Part shown: one piece after another, positions 1-12,129 of the stretch
Numbering within the stretch: the stretch's first letter is position 1
Layout of the letters: each line of letters begins with the position of its first letter
Source: Elsinoe ampelina
Taxonomy: Eukaryota
Direction: 5' to 3'
Length of the DNA stretch: 64,000 bases
Assembly (NCBI GenBank): GCA_010093995.1
Contig: ML992506.1
Span: 789,196 to 853,195 of the forward strand
The notes under the pieces: model-generated
What the model was told of the DNA's origin: nothing
Seen by the model: the letters and a program-made list of their open reading frames with translations, nothing else
The model's database searches: none
Translations under genes and position numbers: made by a program

Positions 1-1662
1 ATAGATAGCTCTATTAAAAAGTTTAAGGCTAGACTAGTTACTAGAGGCTTCTTATAGAAGTATAGTATTAACTATAAAGACATATTTATACTAATAGTTA
101 GAGTAGATATACTTAGGCTATTCTTCGCTATTATTTATATATATAACCTTAAGTATTACTAGGTAGATATTAATAACGCCTTTATAAAGTTCTTTCTTCA
201 TAAAAGAATTTATATAAGGCTACTACCTAGACTAAAAGTTAGTCCTAGATTTACCTTCTAGATTCTAAGGAGCTTATATAGACTTAAGTAAGCTACTAGA
301 GACTAGAACTAGTACTATATCTCTAAGCTTCTAAAGCTAGACTTTACTTAGAGCAAAGTAGATCTCTATCTTCTTATATACTATAATAAGAAGATTATTC
401 TTTTAGTTTATATTAATAATATACTATTTATAGTATAAAGTAAGAAGAACATCTAGTAGTTTAAGTAAGAACTTAGTAAGATCTTTAAGATTAAAGATCT
501 TAGTAAGGTTAATAAAGTTCTTAGGGTTAAGGTTATAAGGGATAGATAATAAGGCACCTTAAGACTTAATTAAATCTACTATGTAGATAATATACTATAG
601 AGGCTTAATATAACCTCTAATAAGGTTACTCTAACAAAGTAGCTAATAGATAATAAGCTCCCTTAAAGAGCTTAGAAAGATAATATAAGGTTTAGTAGAA
701 CTAAGTACTTATATACTATTAGAAGCTAGATATACCTTAGCACCCTAATAAGGCTAGATACTACCTTTACCTTAGAAAGGCTAAGTTAGTTTATAGTAGA
801 TCTAATAGATAGTTATACTATTAAAATAAAGAAGATATTAAGATATATTAGATTAACTAAAGATCTTAGTATTATATTTAGAAGAAATAGGAATAAGACC
901 CTTAAGGGATACTCTAATTTAGACTATGCCTTAGATAAGTTAGATAGAGTCTCTATCCTTAGATATGTCTTTATACTTATAGGTAGTTCTATTAGCTAGA
1001 TAAGTAGGAAGTAGAAGTCTATTTTAACCTCTACTATAGAGGCTAAATATATAGTAATATACTCTTATATAAAGAGATTATAGTTCCTATCTTAGTTACT
1101 AAGAGATATAGGCTATTATAAGATAGTTAGGTAATTACTATAGAGACTAACTATAAAGGAATCTTAGAAAGCAATAATAAAATTACTCTTTACTACTAGA
1201 ATTAATAGTAATAACTAAGTAGCTCTTTTACTTATAAAAGAGCTATATACTTATAAAAGGGCAAAGCATATTAATGTTACTTACTACTATATTAGGAGGC
1301 TATAGAGAGACTAGAGGATTTAAGTAGAGTTTATAAGGACAGTAGACATAGTAGCTAATAGGTTAACTAAGCTATTATAAGGTTAAATCTTTACAAGGTT
1401 TATAAAGTAACTTAGCTTGTTATTAACCTAATAGCTTATCTATAGGAGCTAAGTAGAAGTGTTAAGAATATAGCTCTCTCTAGATAATTAGACTATAAAG
1501 TTATATAACCTTAAGTTATGTAATGCTAAGGCCTAGGGATTTATAGCTGTTCTTTCTTCTAGTAGATAGACTCCTTTTAATCAATTAACTCGTCTATCAC
1601 CTAATTAGTGTGCGATTGGTTCTATATAATATTCCACCCCTGAACGTGCCTTCCGCTTAACA
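1..1662 (+). mobile_element. Ty1/Copia LTR retrotransposon, 3' part (RT-RNase H, polypurine tract, 3' LTR), inactivated by RIP-like C>T/G>A mutation
   Basis: Very AT-rich. Frame 1 gives stop-riddled copia motifs: FKARLVTRGF (KARLVARGF), VDINNAF, SLYRLK*A (SLYGLKQA), LVYINNI (YVDD), YSNLDY (YSDSDY), STIEAKY (STxEAEY), KHINVTY (KHID), DIVANRLTK (ADGLTK). A purine tract at 1444-1459 precedes a TG...CA LTR. Confidence 0.93.
1460..1662 (+). repeat. 3' LTR (203 bp) of the Copia element
   Basis: Starts TGTTAAG directly after the purine tract AGGAGCTAAGTAGAAG and ends CTTAACA, a perfect 7-bp terminal inverted repeat. Confidence 0.85.
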
Positions 1663-1871
1663 CCTTACACTATTAAGGGCTAGATTAGGGCCTAGCAAAG
1701 AAGGTAGACAGGGGGTCCTCTAAGCCCTCTATTACTAACCACTGGAGCGCGCACTCCAGAGGCAGCAAAAGGCCCTAATTACCGGAGTAAATACAGTATA
1801 TAGCACACGCTGCATGGCGCCTAACGGCAGCCGGTCGGCTTAATGGAATTCAAAAAAAAAAAAAAAAAAAA
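1663..1871 (+). mobile_element. Probable 3' end of a non-LTR (LINE/SINE-like) element with poly(A) tail
   Basis: A20 run at 1852-1871, preceded by a short stem-loop (AGCCGgtCGGCT) and a further hairpin CTGGAGcgcgcaCTCCAG at 1742-1759. Resembles my recollection of fungal Tad1-like LINE 3' ends. No coding remnant is visible. Confidence 0.5.
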
Positions 1872-1998
1872 GCAACCAATCGGGGAAGCCGCCGTGTCCC
1901 CGCCGCGGAAAGGCTGAATTTGATACTGGTACATCGACGATGACAGTCTCCTTTTCGGAATCCTACCTTGTCATCAGAGTAGCTGGACTGGCTATGTG

Positions 1999-3951
1999 AT
2001 GATATTCAGAACCTGCCTGTATGTTCGTCGTCAGGCCTGTTACCAATGGACGCAACGGCGATGGCAGACAGGTGGCGTGCCTTCGTTAGTAGTCGAGCGT
2101 CCAAAGATTCCTCCTCTGAAGATTCTTTTCTGCGGCTCGGATGAGTTCAGCATATACTCCCTATTCGCACTGTGTAAGCTGCCATCTTCGGTGGTCGAGT
2201 CGATCGATGTCGTCTGCAAAACCGGGGCCAGGGTAGGCCGCGGCTTGAAAGATATCAGGCACCGTAAGTCCATCAACCTTCTCCATGAGCATTTGCTAAG
2301 CAATTCAGCACTCATCAAAGATGCTGCCGAGCAGATCCATCTCCCCGTCCATCAGATATCGACATTTACCTCTTGGACCCCTCCTAGGCCGGTTGACCTT
2401 GTCATTGCTGTTTCTTTTGGCCTGCTGGTCCCACCTCGCATTCTATCCCTCGCCACCTATGGCGGACTAAACGTGCATCCGTCCTTCTTACCCGATCTCT
2501 ACGGCCCTGCGCCTATCCACTGGGCCATGCTTCACAGCGATAAATACAGTGGCGTAACTCTTCAAACGCTCCATCCTACCAAATTCGACCAAGGGGATAT
2601 TGTAGATCAGACGCCGCGGCCGGGTGTGGAATTGGCGTACTCTATCGATAGGAAGACCAACAAGTCGGCACTGTTCCGCAACGTGGATCGCTTAGGATTA
2701 GCCGGAGCAGAAATGCTCAAGGAGAACTTGGAAAGCGGAGCATTCTTGACTCGAAGGATAGAATCGACAATCGAAGGCGAAGTGAGGCATGCACGTAAGA
2801 TCAACAAAGAAGATAGGCGGATCAAAATCCACGAGTGGACGGCAGAAGAGTTGCTACGTCGTGATGCAGTCCTGGCCCTGTTGTGGGATAGGTCTACATA
2901 TGGAGACCTGAAACGGGCAGAAACCTTTGTATTGGGCAAGGAATGGGACCGCGATCCTGCTGGCCGAACGAGACTATCGCAATGGGAAGATCTCACCGAG
3001 CTGGTCATGAGCGCCAGAAAGGGCAAGGGAGGAGACCGCAACGCCTGGTTCACAAGAATCGAGCTCAAGAACGACGAACCCGGGGGATCCCCCATCACAG
3101 AGTTCGCTGCAACGGACAGCCCGAGCGACCATGGAGCCGATACTCTTGACGATGCCCCGTCAGTCAGCGAGCCTCAAACCAAGCAACGAGGTGCTTTTCT
3201 ACTCCGCAGAGGGACAGCCGACTGGGTCCTCGTCTTCCGCACCAAGGATGGCCGCTACGTTGGGCCTGCCTACGCTCGCTACTCCAGCAAAGCCACAGTA
3301 CCGATCAACGTGTTCGTCGGCAGCCTCGTGAGTGCCGTCACGCAGCAGCGTCGAAAGGCCAAGGAATTAGAACAAGGCTTCAAAAAGTGGCGGTTACCCA
3401 GCCCAGAAGCAAGGCCGCAATCGCCACCTATAGCCCCAACAGATGGTCCAACACAAACAGAATCCTCGACCGATGTCTCTTCGATGCCCACCACACCACC
3501 CACTCCACAACCCCCCTACGCCCCCGCCTCACGCAACGATTCCCCCGCCTCATCCTCCTCTTCATCCCCGGACGCTCCCACCAGCACTCCCCCCTCCCCT
3601 CCCAAACCAACCCCTCCCCGCCCCTCCACCTCCTCCATCCTCGCCGACATGCGCGCCAAAGCCCTCCGCCGCCACGAAAACAAAGTCGCCTCCGAGCGCG
3701 ACCAGGGCTCCAATCCCCGGGCGCCGACTCCCACTCCGACAACAACCCCAAAGGTCCAAAAGCAGGACCAAGGCCAGAGAAGAGAGGGGGACGAGGGATT
3801 CACGATCAGGAAGCATAAGAGCCCGGACAAGGTGAGGTACGAGGTTCAGACTGAGGAGCGGGTTCACGCGAGGGAGGTGCATGTGCGGGATAAGGCGAGG
3901 GCGGAGGCGGAGGACAACGGGTTCAGGATCAGGAGGCATAAAGTGATGTGA
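1999..3951 (+). CDS. FMT1: Mitochondrial methionyl-tRNA formyltransferase with long Pro/Ser-rich C-terminal extension
   Basis: ILFCGSDEFS, IAVSFGLLVP, LNVHPSFLPDLYGPAPIHW, GVTLQTLHPTKFDQG formyltransferase motifs. Arg-rich N-terminus. Intron 2264-2308 (GTAAGT...GCTAAG...CAG). Confidence 0.9.
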   Translation: MIFRTCLYVRRQACYQWTQRRWQTGGVPSLVVERPKIPPLKILFCGSDEFSIYSLFALCKLPSSVVESIDVVCKTGARVGRGLKDIRHRKSINLLHEHLLSNSALIKDAAEQIHLPVHQISTFTSWTPPRPVDLVIAVSFGLLVPPRILSLATYGGLNVHPSFLPDLYGPAPIHWAMLHSDKYSGVTLQTLHPTKFDQGDIVDQTPRPGVELAYSIDRKTNKSALFRNVDRLGLAGAEMLKENLESGAFLTRRIESTIEGEVRHARKINKEDRRIKIHEWTAEELLRRDAVLALLWDRSTYGDLKRAETFVLGKEWDRDPAGRTRLSQWEDLTELVMSARKGKGGDRNAWFTRIELKNDEPGGSPITEFAATDSPSDHGADTLDDAPSVSEPQTKQRGAFLLRRGTADWVLVFRTKDGRYVGPAYARYSSKATVPINVFVGSLVSAVTQQRRKAKELEQGFKKWRLPSPEARPQSPPIAPTDGPTQTESSTDVSSMPTTPPTPQPPYAPASRNDSPASSSSSSPDAPTSTPPSPPKPTPPRPSTSSILADMRAKALRRHENKVASERDQGSNPRAPTPTPTTTPKVQKQDQGQRREGDEGFTIRKHKSPDKVRYEVQTEERVHAREVHVRDKARAEAEDNGFRIRRHKVM

Positions 3952-4977
3952 GGTGTGAGGTTCAGACTGTGCAGCGGATGAGGGCGAGGAGGGCGCATGA
4001 GCGGGGAAAGGGGGAGGTGGAGGGGGAGGGGGAGGGTGGAGGGTGGGCAGGGGAGAGTGGGGAGGGTGTGTAGCTAGCTAGATTCAAGGGGGGAGATGAA
4101 GGGGTGTGATGGGATGGTTGGAATGGGGTGTAATTATGGGAGAAACTTGTGATCACGGCATTGGCAAAAGTGGGAAAAGGTTGTGATGCTGTATTATCCA
4201 ACGATGGCTTGCTCTCTACTCCTCCTTCCTCCATTCGTGCCAATCATTGGCTCGCCTTGCTTTACAAACGGGAGTAAAGTCTGTGGTTGACAAAGTGAAT
4301 GCCGACAAGTGTCTTTCGTCTCCGTTTACGACGTGATCCTCCATGTCCCTTCAACCACCGTCCCTTGATACATGATGTGTCTCCCCACCCTTGCATATCC
4401 AGATCCACCTCAGTCCGCAGAGACTGCTTTCCCCTCCGGCTTTCGTCTTTTGTATTGCTTTTTGTATGGCCGTCCTGTGCCCGCCCCGACAGCTCCCTGA
4501 GCCTTCCTACAATTATGAACAAGAATCCGTGTGGGTTCGGTGATGCAGTAGTAGTGAAAGGAGAAATGGTGCAGTCCCGAAAAGGAAAAAAAAAACGCCA
4601 TGCTGATGCAATTGATGATGATGCTGAAACGCGCTTGTCCGCTGAATGTGTGCTCGCTTGCTCGTTCCAACGCTGATGATGATATTCGTAAAACCGTGAC
4701 GGAGGTGTGCACTTGCTTGATGAGTGCAGTCGCTGAGTCGAGAGAAGTGAATAGAGGAGATGTGTGTTGATGGTGATGATTTTGGTTTATCCAAAGCTTT
4801 GATGTGTTTGACATTGGCAACTCGACCGGAAGAATTAGAGGAGGCAAATGCCGGGGCCGTGAAAGAAGCGAAAACTCGTCAATCGTGAATCTTGAGTGGT
4901 CGAGTCAGACGTTCCAATGCCGGGTAGCGCTTGTGGTGTAGATTCCTTTTTGATGGAGTTGTTCGTGGATAATGAAT

Positions 4978-6485
4978 TTAGCCGCAGCAGAGAGCCTTTT
5001 TCAGCTTGGCAAAGAAGCCGGGCTGCGACTCTTGTGGTGGTGACTGCTGAGTCGGTCGAGTAGCCGCAGCCGTCGACATGCCCATGCCGACTTGTTGCTG
5101 GGAACTCAGGCGACCTGGCAGATTAGCGTTGCTATTGGCAAATTGTGCTGCCGTAGAACCTTCTGGCGCTGCGAGATCCTGTGCACCGCTACCACGCTTT
5201 TGGAACGTGGGTGTGGTATACTGTTGATCCCGTGTGCGCGATTGTCTGTTGCTCTGCCCAGGTTGTCGTGCGGCACCTGGCTTTGGAAGCTCCTGCTCGA
5301 GTCTTCCGGGAGGAATTGCACTCTTTGATTGGCGGTTGGCTCCATGAAGCTCCTTGGTCGACACGTGTTGACCGCCAGTGTGTTGGAGGTGAGCTTGTGA
5401 TGGGTGTTGCTTCATGCCTTCCCAGCCCTTGCCGTTGTTGAGCTTCATCCAGTCATACTCTCCATCTTCAACCTCGCCAGTGTTCTTCAATGCCTGAGTG
5501 AAGAGGTCTCGGAGGTAATCGTAGTCGGGCGTGTCTTCGAAGCCAAGGTTGCGGACGTACGAGAGGTACTTGTTAAATTCCTCTGTTCATGATTAGCGTT
5601 GAGCATTATTACTTATCAATGACGACCATACCAGGGAATCCATCACACAGATCTTTGATTGCGGTTGTCTGCTTCTTCTCTCCAATCTTCTCGTACTTTT
5701 GCTTATTAGTCGCTGCCTTGAGACCTTGCCACGGCAGTCCTCCGCGGAGGAAGTACATGAAGACGTGTCCGAGAGCTTCGAGATCGTCTCGCCGTGATTG
5801 TTCACGGCCCAAGTGTGTGTTGATGGACATGTATCGAGCTGTTCCAGAGAGTGACTTTCGCTCTCGGTACGGGATGTGTTGCTTGGTTTTTGGGTCCCGG
5901 TATTGTTTAGCCATACCAAAGTCGACCACGTGGATAACATTGGCGACTTTGCTTCCCGGTCTTCCTATCAGGAAATTGTCTGGCTTAATATCTCGGTAGA
6001 TGAGGTTCTTTTCGTGGATTGTTTGGACTCTTGAAAGCATTTGCTTGGCGACCATGACCACGGTCTTGATTGTGAACCGACGATTGCAGTGGTCGAAGAG
6101 ATCCTCGAGTGAAGGTCCGAGGAGATCAATCACAAGGATATTGTGAAGACCTTCCTGGCCGAAATAATAGACATTTGGGATACCGGCTGTGGGGTACTGG
6201 TCAGTGTAAGTCACGATATCAATATTGGTGAGTCTTACGGCATCCTACGAGTATCTTGTACGTTCTGTACTCATCGCGAAGCTGGGGCGCATCGCTTTTT
6301 CTTGGTTCCTACTATTCGTTAGGCTGCAACTATAACTCCAGCTCGATAACGCGTACGAATTTGATGGCGACTTGAGTGTTATTCAAGAGATTGGTGCCCT
6401 CAAAGATGACACCAAAGGACCCCTCTCCGATCTTCTTGCCCACGCGGTAGTGGACGCCAACCACATTGCTACTGCTGCTAGCCAT
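4978..6485 (-). CDS. Casein kinase I, Yck1/Yck2 (CK1-gamma) type
   Basis: [48 protein letters not shown], and C-terminal CCG palmitoylation motif. Exons 6485-6357, 6308-6239, 6186-5632, 5582-4978. Confidence 0.95.
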
Positions 6486-7302
6486 GTCGGCGGTGGTTGT
6501 GCTCGCGTTTCGAGCCGAGTCGGTGAATGGAGGAGCCTGGTCGCAGGCGGGCGATTGTGCTCGATGCGGCGACCGAGTGTAGTCTGAATTTGTGTTGGCT
6601 GTCTGCGGAAGAATTGTCGCGTGTTACGAGACAAAGAGCAAAAGCCGTGTAGAAGACGGTGAGTTGGAGTTGCAAGGGGGGTGCAGGGAGCGAGAATAGC
6701 AGATGGCTGAGGAAGTCAAAAGGCGCCGTCCGCGCTTTGGGAGCCAAGACGGCGCTAACGGACTAGCGCAGCTCCTTTTCGTGAAGCAGGCAGCGCGCCG
6801 CTTTCGCTGAGAAGAGAAGAGCCTGGGAATACGGAGTAGTTCCTTCGAGCCCACGGACACGACTCGACTAGATTCCTGATCGCCCTGTCAATTTTTATCC
6901 TGCATTTTCCCACGGCGAATGGATTTGCTGCCCTGGCTTGTCTCGTTGGCTCCCCGTCTGCAGGTACGAGATGGCATTGCTTAGTGCCCACCACGAGCCG
7001 TGGTTTGGACACAGATTGCCGGCTCGTGCTCTCTGCTCTCCCCACAGGTGCGTTTCCATGCCCATTATCGAACGGCGAAGACCTAAAAGCTACAAAACGT
7101 TTGATACTCGCGCTCTTTGGTGTCCGGGGTCAACAACGGAAACGCCATCGACGCACAATTTGCGATCTCAATTGTATTGTGACGTGATCATCCGTCGTCT
7201 ATATTATTGTACAGTCTATCTTGATTCTAGGTATCACCTTTTGACGATATCCAACTCCATGCACCCCAAAACACCGCAAGACTCCTGTCGGATTAGCACC
7301 TC

Positions 7303-8456
7303 CTATGCAGATGGCTTGAATGTCATCCGTGCGTCCTGACCAGGTTGAAACGGAACACCCAGCTCCAAAAGCTTAACAAAGACGTCAGAGAACTCCTTGA
7401 AGAAGACGTCGTTGTCTTTGGCAAACCGCTCCACATGAGCTTTGAACTCATTGTCTCGGATCAAGGCCATGTCGGTCGGCAACATCATCAAGCTCTTCGA
7501 GGTCACGTCCTGGAACTGCTTGGGTCCGTCCCACTTCCGATCGAACCACTTCTCCTCGAGCAGCAGCTTGTAGTAGTCGTTGGTCAAAGTGGTTGGTGAG
7601 AAGGTCCATGGACCATCAAAACCTGACCTGTCGGTGTGGCATCGACCGAGAGCATGTGCGCCGCTCAGTGCGACGATCTCGCGGTCGTCAAATCCCATGC
7701 GATGGAAGATGGCTCGCAAGTGATCCTGGCCTTGCGAAGCATCTGGCAATCTACCATCCGGAGTGCACGCTGCAATATCGCGATCAGATCTGCCTGGTCG
7801 CCATGGTACGACTGGTCCTTGCATTTCTTGAATGGCACAAACGCCTGACAAAGTCCTGCAAGGGTTAGAGCTCGAGCGTTTTGATCTGGTAGGTCAAATA
7901 CTCACCACAGGTCAGAGTAGGTGATCCACGGGAATTGCTGCTTGATAGGCTCCAAGAAGTCCCTGGCCTTTTTCAAGCCAGAGTTAGCACCATGCTCAGA
8001 CTCTGGGGCGAATCTCATGGTCGCTCCGTTACTGCCGCCAGTTCCTGTCTCCTTGTCGTATGTGCCCGAAGCATGCCATGCCAATCGGACTAGTACCGGT
8101 CCGTAGCTGCCATCGTCGTATTCGTCTTCATCGACGAGCTTCTTGGCCACAGCATCGTAGACCTTCTGGTAGTCTGATTGCGACGGCTTGAAAACGGCGA
8201 CACCGCTGTCGATGGGATGCTTCACCTCCTTGTTGTAGGCGTAGAATCCGGCAGCACCGATCAAGGCAGTAGCCGCTCCAAATCCAAGCCAGGCTGAGTT
8301 ACCACCGGCAGTGCTACCGGAAGAAGTATAAACACGGTGCTGTTGACGAATGGTCGACCTCGCTGCGAGTGCTGGACGCAGAGAAGAGGCATAGACATTA
8401 CTCGGTTTCAGCGTCGACCGAGCTGCTCTAGAAAACCCTCTACCAATTGACGCCAT
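7303..8456 (-). CDS. CCP1: Mitochondrial cytochrome c peroxidase
   Basis: [46 protein letters not shown]. Presequence plus hydrophobic segment. Intron 7905-7856. Confidence 0.95.
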
Positions 8457-9882
8457 ATTCTCTGCCGTGTAGTGTCTGATCAGTTGAATCATGAGGAGGA
8501 CTGAAGTGAGAACAGAAAGAAAATATGGATGAAGAAAAAGGCATGTGCGTTTTGCACTGCGTGCTTGATAAGGTGAGAAGTGGTGTGACGTTTAAGCAAA
8601 GGGTGGGCAAATTCGGCTGTAAAGGCCGTGCATTACCAATCTCAAAAATCACACGATTCCAAAATGACACACTAGACTGGACATGGGTATCTCTCGGTGG
8701 CCACTCAGCGAGCTTGGATAGAACCATGCTGTCGAGGGTCATGAAATCCGGCGTCTGCTTGGCCATGATACCACCGAAGCCGGATGTAGACCCACAGTCG
8801 TGTTCTGGTACTTCTTCTAGTCATCAAATTTTGATACGAAATCTGCTGAGTGGGTCAAGATATTGCGCGTGGTCCGAGCCAAACGTGCCCTTGTTGGGGT
8901 CCAATACCTTTCCTAGGTCATGGATGCTCCTTGATGATTGTTCAAGCGAGAGGAGGCATATCAGAACCAAGTTACAGCCTCCTTGTCGTCTAGTTCGCCT
9001 TCATTTCCACGCAAGCAGGCATTGGGAACTGGAATAGGTCTTGCTCGAAGATCCTCAACATCGGCGACCTGCCCGAAATGAGCCGCAAGGTCGGGAGACC
9101 AGAGAAGCCGCAGGTCGATGTCAAAGGCTTGGGCGCTCTTGGAGAGCTTGTCCTGTGGTCCGGCTGTGACTTCATGCTTACACCGCTCCTACTTCCAGTC
9201 TGCTACCACTGTATCTGTTAGACGAGACTGTTTCCGGGAATAAGAAGTGTACGCCTTCGTGGCTGGTGACCGCCGCGCCGAGTCCGCCGCCGACGTCGCT
9301 GATGTGAGACTCCGTCACCAAACTTTCCTCCCTTTTCCGCGTCTTACTGAGGAGGCGCATGGAATATGTCCTCAGGCGTCCGTTCTCTGCACTCGTCGAT
9401 GCAGCAGGGGCTGTGGAGGCTCTGAAACACAATTTCTCCTTCCAGTAGCCAACAGCGGCGTTCGCTTCATTCTCGCTTCATCTCAACCACGTGCAGCTTA
9501 GACCAAACTCAAACACACGGCTCAAGCTCCTTCAAGACCACCTCGGTTTTCCTGCCGTGTGGTTGCTCAGAGTCGTTGATCGGCTGCCGTCGGATACTAC
9601 CATTCGCCGTCAGACTGAGTATGCGGCGTGTCGATCCTTCGCTCCAAGTGCGGAATTCGGAGACCCGCCACAGTGCCCCCGAGTATGGGGACGATTGATA
9701 TCCCCGCATCTTGAAGGATGCTTAAAATTTATGCTTGGTCAGATCAGTCATCTTGTATTGCTTTTGCCGTTTCAAGGTTCCTCAACTTCTTGAAGGCTCA
9801 ATTCTCCAAAACTCCGCAACCGCCATCAGCTAGTGTAGATACTACCAGACATCTGCAGCACACGATCTGAGTCCTGGGCATT

Positions 9883-11749
9883 ATGAAGAACAGTGAGTCA
9901 ATCCAGTTTTCGCGTTTCTTTGCAATCATCGTCATTTGTTGTATTCCTCATGTTATTCGCCTGGTGGATTTCATCGCCACCACGTATTGCCAGCGAGGTG
10001 ATGCCTACCAGGACACTTTTGAACGCATCACAATACGCTCAATTGCTCTTTCGACATGAAAACTGATAGTGCCTACCAGATTCTTCACCAGACAGCGCTT
10101 CTGATCCGGAAAAGTCGACCCAAGTGCCATACAACGCCACCGGCTACGAAGATGATCTCCACGTCCCATGCCCTTCCCACACAACCGAGCGGAAGTTGAT
10201 GACAAAGGTCGACTTCCGTGTCATCCCGTTCCTGTGCATCCTATACCTCTTGGCGTTCCTGGACCGAGTCAACATCTCAAACGCCAGTCTCTTCGGCCTC
10301 AGGGAGGAACTACGACTCGACGGCAACAAGTATAACAACGCATTAGTGATCTTCTTTATACCATATATAATTCTGGAAATTCCGTCAAATATCCTTCTGA
10401 AGAAGTTCAAACCGCATGTGTGGTTGTCGATATGCATGTTTGGCTTCGGGGCGGTCACCCTGATTCAGGGGTTCGTCAACAACTATGCCGGCCTACTCGC
10501 GACTCGGTTCTTTCTCGGAGTGTTTGAGACAGGATAAGTCATCCCATACTGCCGTATTAGGAGCTTTGCTGACGATTTGAACAATGTTTCCAGGTATGCA
10601 AACCACGAGAGCAAAATTTGCCACAACATCTTGGATCTTGGTATACAGCGATACTAATACTTATTTAGGTTGTTTCTATCTCATCGGAATGTGGTACAAG
10701 AGATCGGAGGCACAGAAGCGCTACTCTTTTTTCTTCTCGTCGACTACCCTCGCCGGCGCCTTCGGGGGTTTGCTCGCAGCAGCTATTGGCAAAATGAACG
10801 GCGTCAGGGGTTACCTCGGTTGGCGATGGATCTTCATCCTCGAGGGTCTCTTTACATGCATCGTCAGCTTCACCTTCTTCTTCCTGATCCCCGACTTTCC
10901 CGAGGAAGCAAAATGGCTGAGCGAAGATGAACGCGCCTACATCTCAGCCCGCCTGCGAGCCGACCAAGGCCGCAGTGCACGAGACCGCAAGATCACTGGC
11001 AAGGACGTAGCGAACGTATTCAAGGACTTCAAAGTCTGGATCGGCGGTTTCATGTACCTAGGTCTCATCGTCCCAGCCTACGGCTACGCCTACTTCGCCC
11101 CGAACATCATCCGCACCTACGGCTACAGCCCCATCCGCACCCAACTCTTCTCCGTCCCGCCCTGGGCCGTCGCCTTCTTCTTCTCCATGCTCATGGCGTA
11201 CCTCTCCGACAAGATCCGGCACCGCTTCGCCTTCACTATGATCGGCACCGCCATCGGCCTGGTCGGCTTCGGCATCCTGGTCAGCGTGACCAATTACCGC
11301 AGCCTGCAATATGGCTCCCTCTTCCTCGTGACAATGGTAAGCCCGCCCACTTCCCCTGTCCCGCGTCCCTTTCCCCACCCCGTGGCCAACTCCCATAACC
11401 TTTCCAGGGCACCTACTCCACCATGCCCATCATCGTATGCTGGTTCAACATGAACCTAGGCGGCCACCACCGACGCTCCGTCGGCTCTGCCTGGCAAATC
11501 GGCTTCGGCAACATCGGCGGCATCATCGCAGTGTACGCGTTCCTGCAGAAAGACGCCCCGCGCTTCATCCCTGGGTATAGTATCTGCTTGGGTTTCACGG
11601 CGTTGGCGATCTTGAGTTGCATTGCGTATTTCTTCGCTTGTAGGATGCAGAATAGGCAGAGGGAGAAGGCGCCGAGGGATGTGGGGTTGACGGAGTATGA
11701 GAGGACGGAGTTGGGGGATTTGAATCCTGATTATAGGTATCAGTTGTAA
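9883..11749 (+). CDS. MFS transporter, allantoate/nicotinate (Dal5/Tna1, ACS) family
   Basis: KVDFRVIP, FLDRVNISNA, EIPSNILLKK, RFFLGVFETGMFPG, GWRWIFILEG, C-terminal PDYRYQL. Exons 9883-9892, 10080-10533, 10583-10593, 10669-11336, 11408-11749. The first exon is tentative. Confidence 0.9.
10534..10582 (+). other. Non-canonical AT-AC intron with U2-like signals in the MFS gene
   Basis: Donor ATAAGT, branch GCTGAC, acceptor GAAC. Removal deletes the in-frame TAA at 10535-10537 and gives GG|A ATG TTT CCA, restoring FETGMFPG. Confidence 0.8.
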
Positions 11750-12129
11750 GAAGCAGGGAGGCATGAAGGGGTTGGTGGTAGTGACTAGAAGATGAGACTG
11801 GAATGACAGATTGCACATCATGTTGTTGCCATGTTCCTTGCACATGTGGTGTCGCGACGGCCTGGTGGTACCTTCAGCATGTCCTGCGATCAGTGAGCTG
11901 TGCACAGAGATGAGGAAGCGGCAACGTGTTCGGTGAGGAGCAAGATACGACTATGTGTCCGTGGGTCTGAGCAAGGTCACATGGAGACTGCACAGCACCA
12001 CAGGAGTTCAGAAGAAAGACTTTTTCCATTCCGAAAAAAAGGGTTGGCTGGCCGTGGCCGCCATCATGATATCGCTCGAAAGTGATCCTCATCCATGCAT
12101 CTACTCCTCCCATCACCCCCGGACACCAT

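Noticed and set aside
8457..9882. Short ORFs in the CCP1-MFS divergent region, likewise in 38700-39800 and 59450-61500
   Set aside because: No motifs, coding bias or consistent splice structure, and no tRNA or rRNA recognised.
10533..10593. MFS gene as a pseudogene, or a GA-AG intron at this position
   Set aside because: A GA-AG splice loses the conserved MFPG residues. The rest of the gene is intact and the AT-AC model restores the motif exactly.
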